Of a DNA stretch of 64,000 nt, positions 12,616 through 24,395 are shown one piece after another (the stretch's first letter is position 1; each line of letters starts with the position of its first letter). This DNA is from a virus: IMG/VR virus record IMGVR_UViG_3300045125_000058, positions 4,265 to 68,264 of that record; one strand, 5' to 3'. Both the position numbers and the translations under genes were made by a program. Below the pieces are notes generated by a model. It was not told the origin of the DNA. It saw only the letters and a program-made list of their open reading frames with translations, and did not search any database.

Positions 12616-12903
12616 TTGAATGTTCAAGGAAACTTTCAACTAAAGAACGCTTCTGGAAAACCCATTACATATTCAAATGGGGATGTAGTGATATATCAAG
12701 GAAAGATGTATCAGTGCAGGGTTGAAACACAGAAAACACCATTCCAAGCACCAATGAGTTGGTCCTATACCGGAGCAACAGAAATGGTTCAATCAATTGA
12801 TCCACCATTGAATCCAAAGAATGGTCAAATTTGGGGAGCATCAAATGGAAAATTTTATGCTTGGTATGAGGATAAAGATGGTTCTCAATGGATTGAAACT
12901 TGA
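12616..12903 (+). CDS. Small late protein, possible carbohydrate-binding (CBM5/12-like) module
   Basis: YSNGDVVIYQGKMYQC...W pattern; upstream TATAAATA. Confidence 0.4.
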   Translation: MNVQGNFQLKNASGKPITYSNGDVVIYQGKMYQCRVETQKTPFQAPMSWSYTGATEMVQSIDPPLNPKNGQIWGASNGKFYAWYEDKDGSQWIET

Positions 12904-12933
12904 TTTAAAAAAAACCGGAGTTATAATATCACC

Positions 12934-13085
12934 ATGAATGAAGAGAGTTTTGAAAAGTTTACTAATCGCCGCAAGAACAAAAAGACCGGCCTTAGCCGCA
13001 AGCAAGAAAAAGAGAGAAGCGGGGAAACCGCCATGAGAGCAAGCAGCAAGTTAATGATATGATGTATCGTCGTGACCAAGACTAA
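12934..13085 (+). CDS. Small basic hypothetical protein (frameshifted)
   Basis: ATG 12934 MNEESFEKFTNRRKNKK...; ends MMYRRDQD* in another frame. Confidence 0.4.
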
Positions 13086-13102
13086 CCTACAAAAGGATCT
13101 AT

Positions 13103-13774
13103 ATGAGTACTGTGACAAAAATGCGTTTGAGTAAAGAAACATTTAATATTCTTAAAAATTTTTCCTCCATCAATTCAAACATTCTCATCAAGCCAGGGAA
13201 TGTCTTGAAGACTCGTTCGGCAGGAAGCAACATCTATGTAAAGGCCAAGGTTCAAGAGGATTTTGATACTGAGGTAGCCATTTGGGACTTGAACAAGTTC
13301 CTTGGAGTAATCAGCATGTTCAACAATCCTGACTTGGAGTTCCACGATACCCATGTGGATATTTCCAACGGTCGTTCCAGCGTAAAGTATTATTATGCCG
13401 AGAAGTCTCTGTTGACTGTCCCAACCAAGGATATCAACATGCCCGATGTTCTCTTCACCTTCACGCTTGATGAGCAGGACTTGAACGAGATCATGAAGGC
13501 TGCAAGCATTCTTCAGGTCAATGATTTAAAAATTATTGCAGGTGACGGCAAGATTCGTCTGACTGTGGATGATTCATCCAACAGCACATCAGACAGTTTT
13601 GAGATTATCGTTGAGGAAAACTATGATGGACCAAATTATGAAGGACAGATCACGATTGGTGAGATCAAGTTTCTTTCCGGTTCATACAACGTTGATGTAA
13701 CTGATACTGTTGTGTCACGTTTTACACACACTTCTCAAGACATTACATACTTCATCGCAATCAACAAGGGATAA
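13103..13774 (+). CDS. gp45: DNA polymerase sliding clamp
   Basis: MRLSKETFNILKNFSSINSNILIKPGN, AIWDLNKFLGV; synteny with gp44/62. Confidence 0.95.
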   Translation: MSTVTKMRLSKETFNILKNFSSINSNILIKPGNVLKTRSAGSNIYVKAKVQEDFDTEVAIWDLNKFLGVISMFNNPDLEFHDTHVDISNGRSSVKYYYAEKSLLTVPTKDINMPDVLFTFTLDEQDLNEIMKAASILQVNDLKIIAGDGKIRLTVDDSSNSTSDSFEIIVEENYDGPNYEGQITIGEIKFLSGSYNVDVTDTVVSRFTHTSQDITYFIAINKG

Positions 13775-13776
13775 AC

Positions 13777-14721
13777 GTGTCTGACATAAACAACATGCTT
13801 TGGGTTGAAAAGTATCGACCCAAAACACTGTCTGATTGCATTCTCCCGATTGATCTCAAGAAGATCTTTGAAGGGGTTGCCAAAGAGGGTTCTGTTCCGA
13901 ACATGCTGTTGTATGGAAAGGCAGGCACGGGCAAAACTACGGTTGCCCGTGCTTTGGCAAAGGATGTTGGCTCGGAATACATCCTCATCAACTGCTCTGA
14001 AGAAAATGGAATCGACACACTGCGAACCAAGATTCGCCAGTATGCGTCCACCGTTTCTTTGAATGGAAACCACAAGATCGTCATTCTTGACGAGTTTGAT
14101 TATGCAAACCCACAGTCAATTCAGCCAGCATTACGTGGTGCAATTGAAGAGTTTCATAAAAACTGCAGATTCATACTGACTTGCAATTATAAAAATCGTG
14201 TTATTGAACCTTTGCATTCTAGATGCACTGGAATTGATTTTACGATTCCCAATGCAGAAAAAGCACAAATTGCATCTGCCATGCTTGGTCGGGTGGAACA
14301 CATTCTTACTACGGAAAAAATTCCATATGACAAGGCAGTTACTGTCAATCTTGTCAAGAAACACTTTCCTGACATGCGAAGAATCATCAATGAACTTCAG
14401 AAGTATTCAAGTTCTGGAAAAATTGATGTTGGTATTCTTGCACAAGGAAGCAGTGAATCCTACAAGGAACTCATTGGATTCATGAAGAATAAAGACTTTA
14501 CTTCATGTAGAAAGTGGGTTGTGCAAAATCTTGATTTAAATACAACAGAGTTTTTCAAGCGTCTTTATACTGAACTATATACAGCTTTAAAGCCAAATTC
14601 TGTTCCACAGGCAATTTTGATAATTGCAGAGTACCAATACAAGGCTGCATTTGCGTCAGACCAAGAGATCAATACAATGGCATTGATTGTGCAAATAATG
14701 ATGGACTGCGAGTTCAACTGA
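13777..14721 (+). CDS. gp44: Clamp loader large subunit (AAA+)
   Basis: LWVEKYRPK, GKAGTGKTT, ILDEFD, SRC. Confidence 0.97.
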   Translation: MSDINNMLWVEKYRPKTLSDCILPIDLKKIFEGVAKEGSVPNMLLYGKAGTGKTTVARALAKDVGSEYILINCSEENGIDTLRTKIRQYASTVSLNGNHKIVILDEFDYANPQSIQPALRGAIEEFHKNCRFILTCNYKNRVIEPLHSRCTGIDFTIPNAEKAQIASAMLGRVEHILTTEKIPYDKAVTVNLVKKHFPDMRRIINELQKYSSSGKIDVGILAQGSSESYKELIGFMKNKDFTSCRKWVVQNLDLNTTEFFKRLYTELYTALKPNSVPQAILIIAEYQYKAAFASDQEINTMALIVQIMMDCEFN

Positions 14722-15103
14722 TGAAATTAAAAGACTTTTGAACAGCATAAATCACGACAAGAAGCCTCTGCTGGACAAAGATGAAAAGGATATTCGTCTA
14801 TATCCAGCTTTTGTCGTAAATAAATGTTTATCATATTTTGCAGATACCCTTTTTCACGCTAATGAAATGAATTGTCATCCATGGTTGGACGGCAAATCAC
14901 AATTTGATTTTTATAGATTTTCTGTTAGAAAGAAGAAAAGATTTTCACCTTGGCTTAAAAAGGAGTCAGAAGAAAATATATCTGTAATTAAAGAGGTTTT
15001 TGGATACAGTGATATGAAGGCCAGAGAAGTACTAAATATCCTTAGTACAGAAGATATAGACAATTTAAAAGCATATCTTAACAAAGGTGGAACTGGTAAT
15101 TAG
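14721..15103 (+). CDS. gp62: Clamp loader small subunit (indel near start)
   Basis: YPAFVVNKCLSYFADTLFHANEMN...RKKKRFSPW; lies between gp44 and regA. Confidence 0.9.
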
Positions 15104-15115
15104 AGTGAGGTAGTT

Positions 15116-15541
15116 ATGTCAGATGTATCCAATAAAATTTTCAATAATGTAGGCGTTCATATTAATTTATTTGATCCAGATGATTTCATGGTTGTCCGTG
15201 AAACCCTGTCAAGAATTGGTGTATCGCCAAAAGGCAAAAAAGTACTTTATCAATCTTGCCATTTAATTCACAAAAATGAATGCTACATTGTAGCACATTT
15301 TAAAGAATTGTTTGCTTTAGATGGTCTTCCTTCAAATATTTCTGAAGAAGACATCAAACGAAGAAACGCCATCATAAAGTTGCTTGAAGAATGGGAACTT
15401 CTTGAAATTGTTGACAAAGAAAAGGTAAAAGAGGCAATGCCTTTATCCGGATTGAAGATAATTAAATATACAGAGAAAGAACAGTGGGAATTAATTCCTA
15501 AGTTCAATCCTGGATCTCTTCGTAAGTTTTTTAATACATAA
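15116..15541 (+). CDS. regA: Translational repressor RegA
   Basis: DDFMVVRETLSRIGV...LYQSCHLIHK...YIVAHFKELFALDG...RRNAIIKLLEEWELL. Confidence 0.95.
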   Translation: MSDVSNKIFNNVGVHINLFDPDDFMVVRETLSRIGVSPKGKKVLYQSCHLIHKNECYIVAHFKELFALDGLPSNISEEDIKRRNAIIKLLEEWELLEIVDKEKVKEAMPLSGLKIIKYTEKEQWELIPKFNPGSLRKFFNT

Positions 15542-15543
15542 GG

Positions 15544-16767
15544 ATGAATATGCACAAGTTGACTTTGAGTATGATCGTAAAGGACGAAGCTTCAATTATT
15601 GAACGTTGCTTGGCTTCATGCGCACCCTTCATTGATTACTATGTAATCTGTGATACCGGATCAACGGATAACACCAAAGAAATCATCAAGAAGTTTTTTG
15701 ATGAAAAAGGTATTCCCGGAGAGATTCATGACCATGAATGGTCAGACTTCGGAACCAATCGCTCAAAGGCACTTGAACTTTGCATGGGCAAGACAAAATG
15801 GGCTTTGATGATTGATGCAGATGATTTTATTACAGGCACACTCCCTGTTGATAAATTTGATGACAATCTTGATGGATATGTTGTTCAAATCAAACGTGGT
15901 GAATTTAAATGGCTTCGTGCACAAATTTTTAATTTAGCAAAGAAAAAGTGGTGGTATGAAGAACCATTGCATGAATACGCCATTTGTGAACAACCAATGA
16001 ATATTGGTAAACTTGAAGGTGATTATGCATGGGAAGTCAGAACTGAAGGTTGTCGTTCACGTTCTGTCGCAAATGATATTGAAAAATACACCAAAGACTA
16101 TCATATTCTGAAAGGTTATTTGGATAAGGATCCAAAACAGCCACGCAAACAGTTTTATGCTGCTCAATCTGCTTTTGATGCAAGAATGTTTGAAATTGCA
16201 GAACAAGAATATATCAAAAGAATCGAACAGGGTGGATGGCATGAAGAAGTCTTTTTCTCTTGGATGCGCGTTGGTATGTGCAGAGAATTTCAAGGAAAGC
16301 CTGTTGAACAAATCGCAGATGCATTTATGATGGCATTTGAAACGGCACCCAATCGTGTAGAACCTCTATACCATCTTTCTTGCATTTATAGAAAATATAA
16401 TCGTCCCAAAAATGCTTTCTTAATTTCTCATTTAGGTGCTCATATTCCCGTCCCACAAAATGATATTTTGTTCGTTGACAATGCAAATTATCTGTGGGGA
16501 ATTTTTGATGAGATAGCAACCACTGCTTTCTATGCAGGAATGCCTCAACTGGGAATGCAATGCTGTCAAAAACTTTTAAATGAACCTTATTTGCCAGCAG
16601 AGCATCGGGAAAGAGTTCAAAATAACATGAACATCTATATGCAGGCATTTAAACAATTTCAGATGAAAGTAGAACAACAGCAAAAAGAGTTAACTGAAAA
16701 AGTTGCAAAAGAGTCTAATAAAACTACTTTAAAGGTTAATCCAAAGGCTGCAACTGTTAAATTATAA
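15544..16767 (+). CDS. GT2 glycosyltransferase with TPR-like C-terminus
   Basis: LSMIVKDEA, ICDTGSTDNT, WSDFGTNRSKAL, IDADD, PLHEY, followed by helical TPR-like repeats (FYAAQS, RVEPLYHLS). Confidence 0.85.
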   Translation: MNMHKLTLSMIVKDEASIIERCLASCAPFIDYYVICDTGSTDNTKEIIKKFFDEKGIPGEIHDHEWSDFGTNRSKALELCMGKTKWALMIDADDFITGTLPVDKFDDNLDGYVVQIKRGEFKWLRAQIFNLAKKKWWYEEPLHEYAICEQPMNIGKLEGDYAWEVRTEGCRSRSVANDIEKYTKDYHILKGYLDKDPKQPRKQFYAAQSAFDARMFEIAEQEYIKRIEQGGWHEEVFFSWMRVGMCREFQGKPVEQIADAFMMAFETAPNRVEPLYHLSCIYRKYNRPKNAFLISHLGAHIPVPQNDILFVDNANYLWGIFDEIATTAFYAGMPQLGMQCCQKLLNEPYLPAEHRERVQNNMNIYMQAFKQFQMKVEQQQKELTEKVAKESNKTTLKVNPKAATVKL

Positions 16768-16793
16768 GTTTTTGTCTGACTAAATAATAAGGA

Positions 16794-17186
16794 ATGGTAG
16801 AACCTTACGATTTAAATGCTATCATAGGCGATACGCTTCGCTGGAGTGCTTCCTTTACAAATTCTGCGGGAAACAGTTATAATTTAACTGGATCCACTCT
16901 AAGTCTAGAAATTCGTAATGGATACAATCCAAGTAAACTTTTTGTAACATACACATTTGGTGTTACTTCTGGTTCTACTTTATCACAAGCCAATGGCATT
17001 CTGGGTGGAATTTCAACAACTGCTTCTGGTGGTGTGGCCAATATCTGCATTGGTTCAACATATACAAGTAAATTTCCACCATATACAAACGTTTTTTATG
17101 ATTTACAAGCAAAGAATGTATCAAATGGAGATACAATAACTCTTGCCCGTGGTGCAATAAAACCCATACCTAATGTAACTACTTAA
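16794..17186 (+). CDS. Virion structural protein, BppU N-terminal-like Ig fold
   Basis: GDTLRWSASFTNSAGNSYNLTGST...YDLQ pattern; CTAAATA at 16780. Confidence 0.5.
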   Translation: MVEPYDLNAIIGDTLRWSASFTNSAGNSYNLTGSTLSLEIRNGYNPSKLFVTYTFGVTSGSTLSQANGILGGISTTASGGVANICIGSTYTSKFPPYTNVFYDLQAKNVSNGDTITLARGAIKPIPNVTT

Positions 17187-17187
17187 A

Positions 17188-19188
17188 ATGTTCTTCGGAA
17201 AGAACAAAACATCCTTAAGACTTTCAAGACCACACCCAATACTTGTGGAAGGTTGTGAATATCATGTTATCGATTCTTCACGAAATCCCACCAAAGTAAC
17301 TGTCGGTGTCGGTATTACTAAAAGTATTTTTGAGAGATAAAGATGGTCAAGAATTTGTTGTAGAAGGAAATTCTTCAAAAATTAAAGAACTTTTAATTCC
17401 TGTATATGTTTTTGAAAATGTTGAAGGACCTTCGTTTCGTTTAAAACTGCCTGTTGGATCTCTGCAAAAGAATACCCTTTTAAAGGAGACCAATTCAGTA
17501 CACCCAGATGAAAAAATTTATTTGGGACACGGGGTATCAGAGAGATATTTTATTCAATCTAAGACAAATAAGATAATAAAATTTATTGGTAATCCATCTC
17601 AAATTAAAAATATTGTTGAAGAGGTTGTAGAAACACCAAAAAATATTTCTCAACCAGTTAGTCCACCACCAGTTCAACTAATTGAAAAAACAATTGTAAG
17701 AGAAATAGTTCCGCAATTTGGTGCTCAGGGTGTTCAAGGAGAACTTGGTCCTGTTGGACCAAGAGGCGAAAGAGGTCCTGCGGGCCCACAAGGTCCTGTT
17801 GGCCCTAGAGGTCCGATTGGTCCAAATGGAGAAATGGGCCCACAAGGTCCTGTTGGACCACAGGGAGAAAAGGGAGATCAGGGAGAAGAAGGACCAGTTG
17901 GTGCTATTGGTCCCCGTGGTTTAAAAGGCTCACAGGGACCAAAAGGTGATCGCGGAGAAAAAGGTGATCGTGGTGATATTGGTACTCAAGGGCCTATAGG
18001 ACCACAAGGACCAAAGGGTGATAAAGGAGATAAGGGAGATCGTGGAGATCGTGGACCTATTGGACAGCAAGGACCAATAGGTCCAAAGGGACCACAGGGT
18101 CCTGCTGGATTACAGGGTCCCATTGGTGCAAAGGTGATCCGGGAATTGTAGAAGCACAATTTCCACTAATATTAGAAGATGGGGTTCTTTCATTCAATTC
18201 AGAACATGTGTCTTCTATTCTTGATAAATTAAAAAATGATGATGTTCAAAAAGCAATTAATCAAATTGCTTTGGCAACTCCCGGTGGAGGAGGGGCGGTT
18301 GATGTTGCACTAAATGGTGACAAAATAATTCGTTCAGTTGATACGATGAATTTTATTGGTTCTGGAATAACAATAACCAGAAGAAGAAAAAATGTAGATA
18401 TTGATTTGAGTGGATTATGTGGGGGTGGAGGTCCAGTAGGTTCTTGTGCGGGTGTTCAAAAAATTATTGCTGGTTCTGGTATTAAAATATCTCCTTCCGG
18501 TGGCACTGGCAATGTTACGATAACAACAGCAGCCACTGTAAAAGGAGCACAATATTCAGTTCAATTTACATCAACAACTGACAATCAAGATTTACAAGCA
18601 TTATCAAGTTTTAGACTAACTGATACTACACTTGATTTATTGGTTCCACAAGGTTTAATTCTTTCAAATACTGGTTATATAGAATTTACAGACGGAACTA
18701 CATTAGGATCTCGTCCTAATATTTTTATAGAAGGTGCAACAACTCCAAATGTATCAGTGACTTTGGCTGGCGATAGGTGGTTTAACACTACTCAAGGTAA
18801 ATTATATACAGCCATCACAGATCCAGGAAGTACATATCCCATATGGGTTGAATTTGGTATAGGTGTTGGTGCTGGTGTTACTTCATCAGGAACAATTTCT
18901 ACTTGTGTAAATGTTACAGGTGCAACCTATTCTGCAAATCAGTATGATTATTATATTGGTGTGAGTTACGCTGGTTCAGTTACAATAACCTTACCATCTA
19001 ATCCCGAAACAGGTAGAGAGATGGTCGTAAAGGATGAATCTGGTAGAGCAGGAGATGGAGTAACAAGACAAATAACGATTATTGGGGCAACAACTTCCCA
19101 AAAAATTGACAATCAAGATTCTGCAATACTTAATATAAACAATGGGGGCTTGCATTTCATTTATAGAAATGGATGGAGAATAATATGA
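17188..19188 (+). CDS. Collagen-like fibre/tail protein (charged GPQ/GEK/GDR triplets); ORFs 17306 and 18208 probably one gene
   Basis: About 45 Gly-X-Y triplets at ~17720-18140; the frame shifts at GAK(G)DP and reads on into SSILDKLK; fibre-type C-terminus. Confidence 0.75.
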
Positions 19189-20418
19189 GCTCATCTTTTT
19201 AACAACCAAACAGGATTTATTCCAACAGCAAAAGATTCTTTTGCGAGATTACGCACATCGGACCCGTTTACTCTTTTTGACTCCTCTCACCGTTATCGTG
19301 ATAATGGGCTATGGTCTACCGGAGCAACTGGTGGGGCTACTGCGGCTTTTAATGCAAACGGTGGATTCATGGAGCTGAGTGTAGGAACTGCAGCTGGTAG
19401 CGAACTAATAAGAGAAACTGAAAGAGTATTCCCATATCAACCCGGCAAATCGTTGTTAAACATTAATACGTTCACAATGAATCCATCAAAGTCTGGTTTA
19501 CGTCAGAGAGTGGGATATTTTGGTGCAAATAATGGATTGTTTGTTGAACTGGAAGGCGCAACGCTTTCTTTTGTAAAACGCAGCAGAGTAAGCGGATCTA
19601 TTGTTGAAACCAAAGTAACTCAAGGTAATTGGAATATAGATCCCCTAGATGGAAATGGGCCGTCTGGGATTTCACTGGATATCAGTAAAAGTCAAATTTG
19701 GTGGACAGATATCGAATGGCTTGGAGCAGGGACTGCCAGACTTGGATTTATTATCGACGGCAATCTTATTCATTGCCATTCTTTTCAGCACGCCAATGGA
19801 ATAACCGGAACTTATTTTACAACAGCAACACTTCCAATAAGATATGAAATAACAAATACAACAGCACAAGCATCTGGCAGTACAATGTATCAAATATGTT
19901 CTACCGTTCTTTCTGAAGGCGGTTATGAACTAAATGGCACACAACAATCAATTTCAACGCCCTTTTCCGCTGAATACAATTTGCCTGTTGCCGATACCTA
20001 CTATCCTGTTGCTGCTCTTCGATTAAAAACTGACAATCTTGATGCTTGTGTTATCTTCAGTGCATTGAGCATCATACCTTCAACTTCTGGAGAAAACTAT
20101 AATTACCGAATTATTAATGGCTCTGGTGTGGGTGTCAGTGGAGGTTCATGGATTTCTGCTGGGGCTAACAGTTCAGTAGAATATAATCTTACTGGAACTT
20201 CCATAACAGGAACTGGAAAAATTTTGGCAAGTGGATATTTTAGTTCCAAGACAAATATTGGTGGTGTTATAAATTTGGACAAATCACAAGTTTTAAATAC
20301 ACAACTTTCAAGAAATACATTGACCAATACTCCACATCAGTTGATTTTAGCGATTACCGCATCACAAAATAATAGCAAAGTATTTGCATCCGTAGACTGG
20401 GAAGAGATAAGCAGATAA
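19185..20418 (+). CDS. Putative virion structural protein (indel near start)
   Basis: DSFARLRTSDPFTLFDSSHRY, FPYQPGKS, IEWLGAG, LPIRYEI; recurring phage structural-protein pattern. Confidence 0.6.
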
Positions 20419-20467
20419 AATATGGTTTTAAGATTAGTACAAGCAGACTTCTCATGGTTTGAAATCA

Positions 20468-20475
20468 TATAAATA
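20468..20475 (+). promoter_or_regulatory. T4 late promoter TATAAATA
   Basis: Exact consensus 10 nt before ATG 20485. Confidence 0.7.
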
Positions 20476-20484
20476 TTTTTATAA

Positions 20485-22017
20485 ATGCCCATTGACTTTC
20501 CAAGTTCCCCTGCAACTGGTGTAACATATACATTTAATTCCATAACATGGCAATTTGATGGGCTTGCTTGGAATAAGATAGTAAGTGGTGGAAGTGGTGG
20601 AATTGGACCACAAGGGAACACAGGAGCCACTGGTGCTACTGGTCCCCAAGGCATCCAAGGCATTCAGGGAAACACAGGAGCCACTGGTGCCACTGGTCCC
20701 ACTGGAGCCACTGGTGCCACTGGTCCTCAAGGCATTCAGGGAAACACAGGAGCCACTGGATCTACTGGTCCCCAAGGCATTCAGGGTCCCACTGGTGCCA
20801 CTGGTCCCCAAGGCATCCAAGGCATTCAGGGAAACACAGGAGCCACTGGTGCCACTGGTGCCACTGGTGCCACTGGTCCCCAAGGCATTCAGGGTCCCAC
20901 TGGAGCCACTGGTCCCCAAGGCATCCAAGGCATTCAGGGTCCCACTGGAGCCACTGGTGCCACTGGTCCTCAAGGCATTCAGGGAAACACAGGAGCCACT
21001 GGATCTACTGGTCCCCAAGGCATTCACAGGAGAGTCCCACTGGTGCCACTGGTCCCCAAGGCATCCAAGGCATTCAGGGAAACACAGGAGCCACTGGATG
21101 CCACTGGTCCTCAAGGCATTCAGGGAAACACAGGAGCCACTGGATCTACTGGTCCCCAAGGCATTCAGGGTCCCACTGGAGCCACTGGTCCCCAAGGCAT
21201 CCAAGGCATTCAGGGAAACACAGGAGCCACTGGTGCCACTGGTCCTCAAGGCATTCAGGGAAACACAGGAGCCACTGGATCTACTGGTCCCCAAGGCATT
21301 CAGGGTCCCACTGGTGCCACTGGTCCCCAAGGCATCCAAGGCATTCAGGGAAACACAGGAGCCACTGGTGCCACTGGTCCCACTGGAGCCACTGGTGCCA
21401 CTGGTCCTCAAGGCATTCAGGGAAACACAGGAGCCACTGGATCTACTGGTCCCCAAGGCATTCAGGGTCCCACTGGTGCCACTGGTCCCCAAGGCATCCA
21501 AGGCATTCAGGGAAACACAGGAGCCACTGGATCTACTGGTCCCCAAGGCATCCAAGGCATTCAGGGAAACACAGGAGCCACTGGATCTACTGGTCCCCAA
21601 GGCATTCAGGGAAACACAGGAGCCACAGGAGCAACTGGTCCACAAGGAAATACGGGTGCAACTGGTCCTGTTGGTAATTATGTAATATCTCTCAATGGTC
21701 TAACTGGAGGTGTTACATTATATGCTGGTTCTAATATTACGCTAACTGTAGCAACAGCAGGAATAACGATTGCTTCAACCGCTTCTGGATCAGGCACACC
21801 TGCTGGAGTTACTGGTTCAGTTCAATTTAATACTGGAACAGCATTTGGTGGTTCTACAGGTTTTATTTGGGATAACACAAATCGAAGACTCGGAATTGGA
21901 TTAACTGCACCATCAATAGCACTTGATGTAATTGGCGATGGTGAATTTACTGGAGATGTCTATGTTACCACTAATTTTATCAAGGTAACAAACAACGCTA
22001 GACATTGGTTCTTATGA
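20485..22017 (+). CDS. Collagen-like (G-X-T/G-X-Q) fibre protein
   Basis: [21 protein letters not shown]-terminal module, >100 Gly-X-Y triplets, tail-fibre-type C-terminus. Confidence 0.88.
   Translation: MPIDFPSSPATGVTYTFNSITWQFDGLAWNKIVSGGSGGIGPQGNTGATGATGPQGIQGIQGNTGATGATGPTGATGATGPQGIQGNTGATGSTGPQGIQGPTGATGPQGIQGIQGNTGATGATGATGATGPQGIQGPTGATGPQGIQGIQGPTGATGATGPQGIQGNTGATGSTGPQGIHRRVPLVPLVPKASKAFRETQEPLDATGPQGIQGNTGATGSTGPQGIQGPTGATGPQGIQGIQGNTGATGATGPQGIQGNTGATGSTGPQGIQGPTGATGPQGIQGIQGNTGATGATGPTGATGATGPQGIQGNTGATGSTGPQGIQGPTGATGPQGIQGIQGNTGATGSTGPQGIQGIQGNTGATGSTGPQGIQGNTGATGATGPQGNTGATGPVGNYVISLNGLTGGVTLYAGSNITLTVATAGITIASTASGSGTPAGVTGSVQFNTGTAFGGSTGFIWDNTNRRLGIGLTAPSIALDVIGDGEFTGDVYVTTNFIKVTNNARHWFL
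20612..21670 (+). repeat. Near-perfect tandem array of 9-nt collagen codon blocks
   Basis: Recurring ggaaacaca, ggagccact, ggtgccact, ggatctact, ggtccccaa, ggcatccaa, ggcattcag, ggtcccact in shuffled higher-order units. Confidence 0.95.
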
Positions 22018-23805
22018 AATTTTCAAAAAGCAGAAGTAACAATGGATATATTGGTTTAGATTATAGAACACCTTGGGGTGAAGGAAGACTTTCTCCAAGT
22101 AAACATTATCAATCGGTAATGGATCCGTATAAAATAAATCCAGAAGAAGGATCACAATATACACCCCCCGTTGAATGGAGATCTCTGCCTACTATAGTGG
22201 CAGGAAATCAAAGATTTGCTGGAGTTTATGCAGTATATAATGATACTAATCTAGCATCTCTGAATGCAACCGTTTCTTCGGGAAATTACATAGTAGATTG
22301 GGGTGACGGTACAACTGGATCGTTTGCTTCAAACACACAAGCAAACAAAATTTATACACCAGCAATATATGCTGGATTAACATCCGATGTGTTTAGAAAT
22401 TATAAAACTGTGGTTATTACAGTTACTCCCGCAACAGCAAATCTGACATCTGTCAGCTTTAAACACAAATTACAATCAGTTAGTAACTGGAAGAAGTTTA
22501 CCTTCAAATAGATCTAGACCATGGTTAAACATTAGAGTTGCTGGTGCAAACATAACCTCCATGAATTACCAATATTGTTATGATTTGGAGCAAATAGAAT
22601 TTGTTGGCACGAATAGCATGACTTCTGGTTACGCTCATTTTAATGATTTGAGATCACTGCGAAGAATTGTCAGTTATTATACTGGAAGAATGAATAGATT
22701 TGATTTGTGTTTTAACGGAACTTATAATCTGAGAACAATTCCACAGTTTGATTTATCTGGTCTTTCGGGAAGTGCATTTGGAATGAATCAAATGTTTTAT
22801 GGAGCGTTTGGACTACAATACATTCCGTGGATGGATACTTCAAGAGTAACTAGTTTTAATCAAGTTTTTTATCAATGTGTGTCATTAAGAACTATTCCAC
22901 CATTAGATTTATCTAATTCTACAGATTGTTCAGGAATGTTTGTTACCTGTAATGCTTTGGAATACGTTCCATATTTGAATACAAGAAATTGTACAAATTT
23001 TTCAAATATGTTTCAGTCCTGCGTATCATTGCGTACTGCACCAAAATTAAATACATCAAATGGAACAAATTTTAATAGAATGTTTTATGATGCAAATTTT
23101 TCCAGAGTGTCCACAATATGATTTTTCTAAAGGTACAAATTTTAACGAAACATTTTATAGAATAGAAAATTTAAATAAAGTTCCACCACTAGACGTTTCT
23201 TCCGGAATAACTTTTAGTTCAATGTTTATTGCTTGTCCAGCATTAACTAGTATAGATTTAACAGGTCTTACTGGTGCTTCTTCTACAGCAAATGGACGAT
23301 CATTTGATTATATGTTCCAAGCATGTTCATCCTTGAGAATTATAAAAGGTTTATGTCTTGCAAATGCAATAAATTTACAGCAATGCTTTAATAGCACAGC
23401 GTTAGATTATATTCCTGCTGACCTTCCAGCGGGAATGACAACTGGACTTCCTTCATCAGCATTTTCTACCGTGTTTGCATTTATGAACTATTTAAAAACT
23501 ATTGGTAATTTTAATATGAGTGGTTTTACAGGAGCTACTTATGCTCACAATGTATTCAGGACTTTTCTCTTGGCTGCAATAGTTTAATGAGTATGGGATT
23601 AACAGGATTGCAACATAATTTTAGCATATCAAGTTCTCAATTTGGTGGAACTGCTTTAAATGATCTATATACCAGTTTAGCAGTTGTGGGTGCATCTGGT
23701 GCTGGTGCAAAAACAGTTACAGTAACTGGAAACTGGGGAGCAACAGCAGCATATGGGCATAACCCAGTAATTGCAATAGCAAAGGGTTGGAGTGTAGCAA
23801 ACTAA
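22014..23805 (+). CDS. DUF285/BspA-like repeat surface protein, split into ~4 ORFs by indels
   Basis: ~23-aa repeats such as [22 protein letters not shown] / [22 protein letters not shown] / [22 protein letters not shown]. Confidence 0.7.
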
Positions 23806-23814
23806 ATAATTTAT

Positions 23815-24006
23815 ATGAATACGGATAGAGGACCAGGATTTTACAAATATGATAGTGAAGAACTACTTTATGCACAAAATTATGTTTTGTCAGGAGATTA
23901 TAATCTCTATACAGAACAAAAGATACGTATCAATACCCAGTTGGAGGATGGTATTGGTTTGATACCGAAGCCGAAGCAAGACAATTTTTTAATCTTCCTC
24001 CACTAG
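23815..24006 (+). CDS. Small late protein (tail-fibre-associated type)
   Basis: GFYKYDSEELLYAQNYV; CTAAATA at 23802. Confidence 0.5.
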   Translation: MNTDRGPGFYKYDSEELLYAQNYVLSGDYNLYTEQKIRINTQLEDGIGLIPKPKQDNFLIFLH

Positions 24007-24030
24007 AAATAAATGAAAATGGAATTTTAA

Positions 24031-24351
24031 ATACCAGAAACATATAAAAGTTTTGGAACAATTTTAGGAACAACAGCAGCAACAACAATTTACTCTGGTG
24101 TCACAGGCACAGCAATAGTTAACAGTATAAATTGTACAAACGGAAGTACATTGGCTGGTAATCCGGTAACTTTAGAAGTAGTTAAAGGATCCACGGCATA
24201 TTTAATTTTATATCAAGTACCAATTCCAATTAATACTACCTTACAAGGTTTAGATACCTCTATAGTTTTAGAATCTAACAATAGTTTAAGATTGACACCG
24301 GGACTTGCATATCCAATGCATGTTTTTGTTTCCGTACTTGAAATTACATAA
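24031..24351 (+). CDS. Small beta-rich structural protein
   Basis: Open frame PETYKSFG...SVLEIT*; start codon uncertain. Confidence 0.5.
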   Translation: MPETYKSFGTILGTTAATTIYSGVTGTAIVNSINCTNGSTLAGNPVTLEVVKGSTAYLILYQVPIPINTTLQGLDTSIVLESNNSLRLTPGLAYPMHVFVSVLEIT

Positions 24352-24395
24352 TTTTGCTAATTTTTATAACCTAAAAATGGTCTAAATATTAGTAA

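Noticed and set aside
21020-21110. Non-collagen insert [25 protein letters not shown] inside the collagen
   Set aside because: It is the alternative frame of the same repeat, produced by compensating indels (+5, +1); most likely sequencing error.
20479-21685. Long ORFs in other frames over the collagen gene (388 aa minus, 366 aa plus)
   Set aside because: By-products of the stop-free 9-nt repeat; no start signals and only low-complexity translation.
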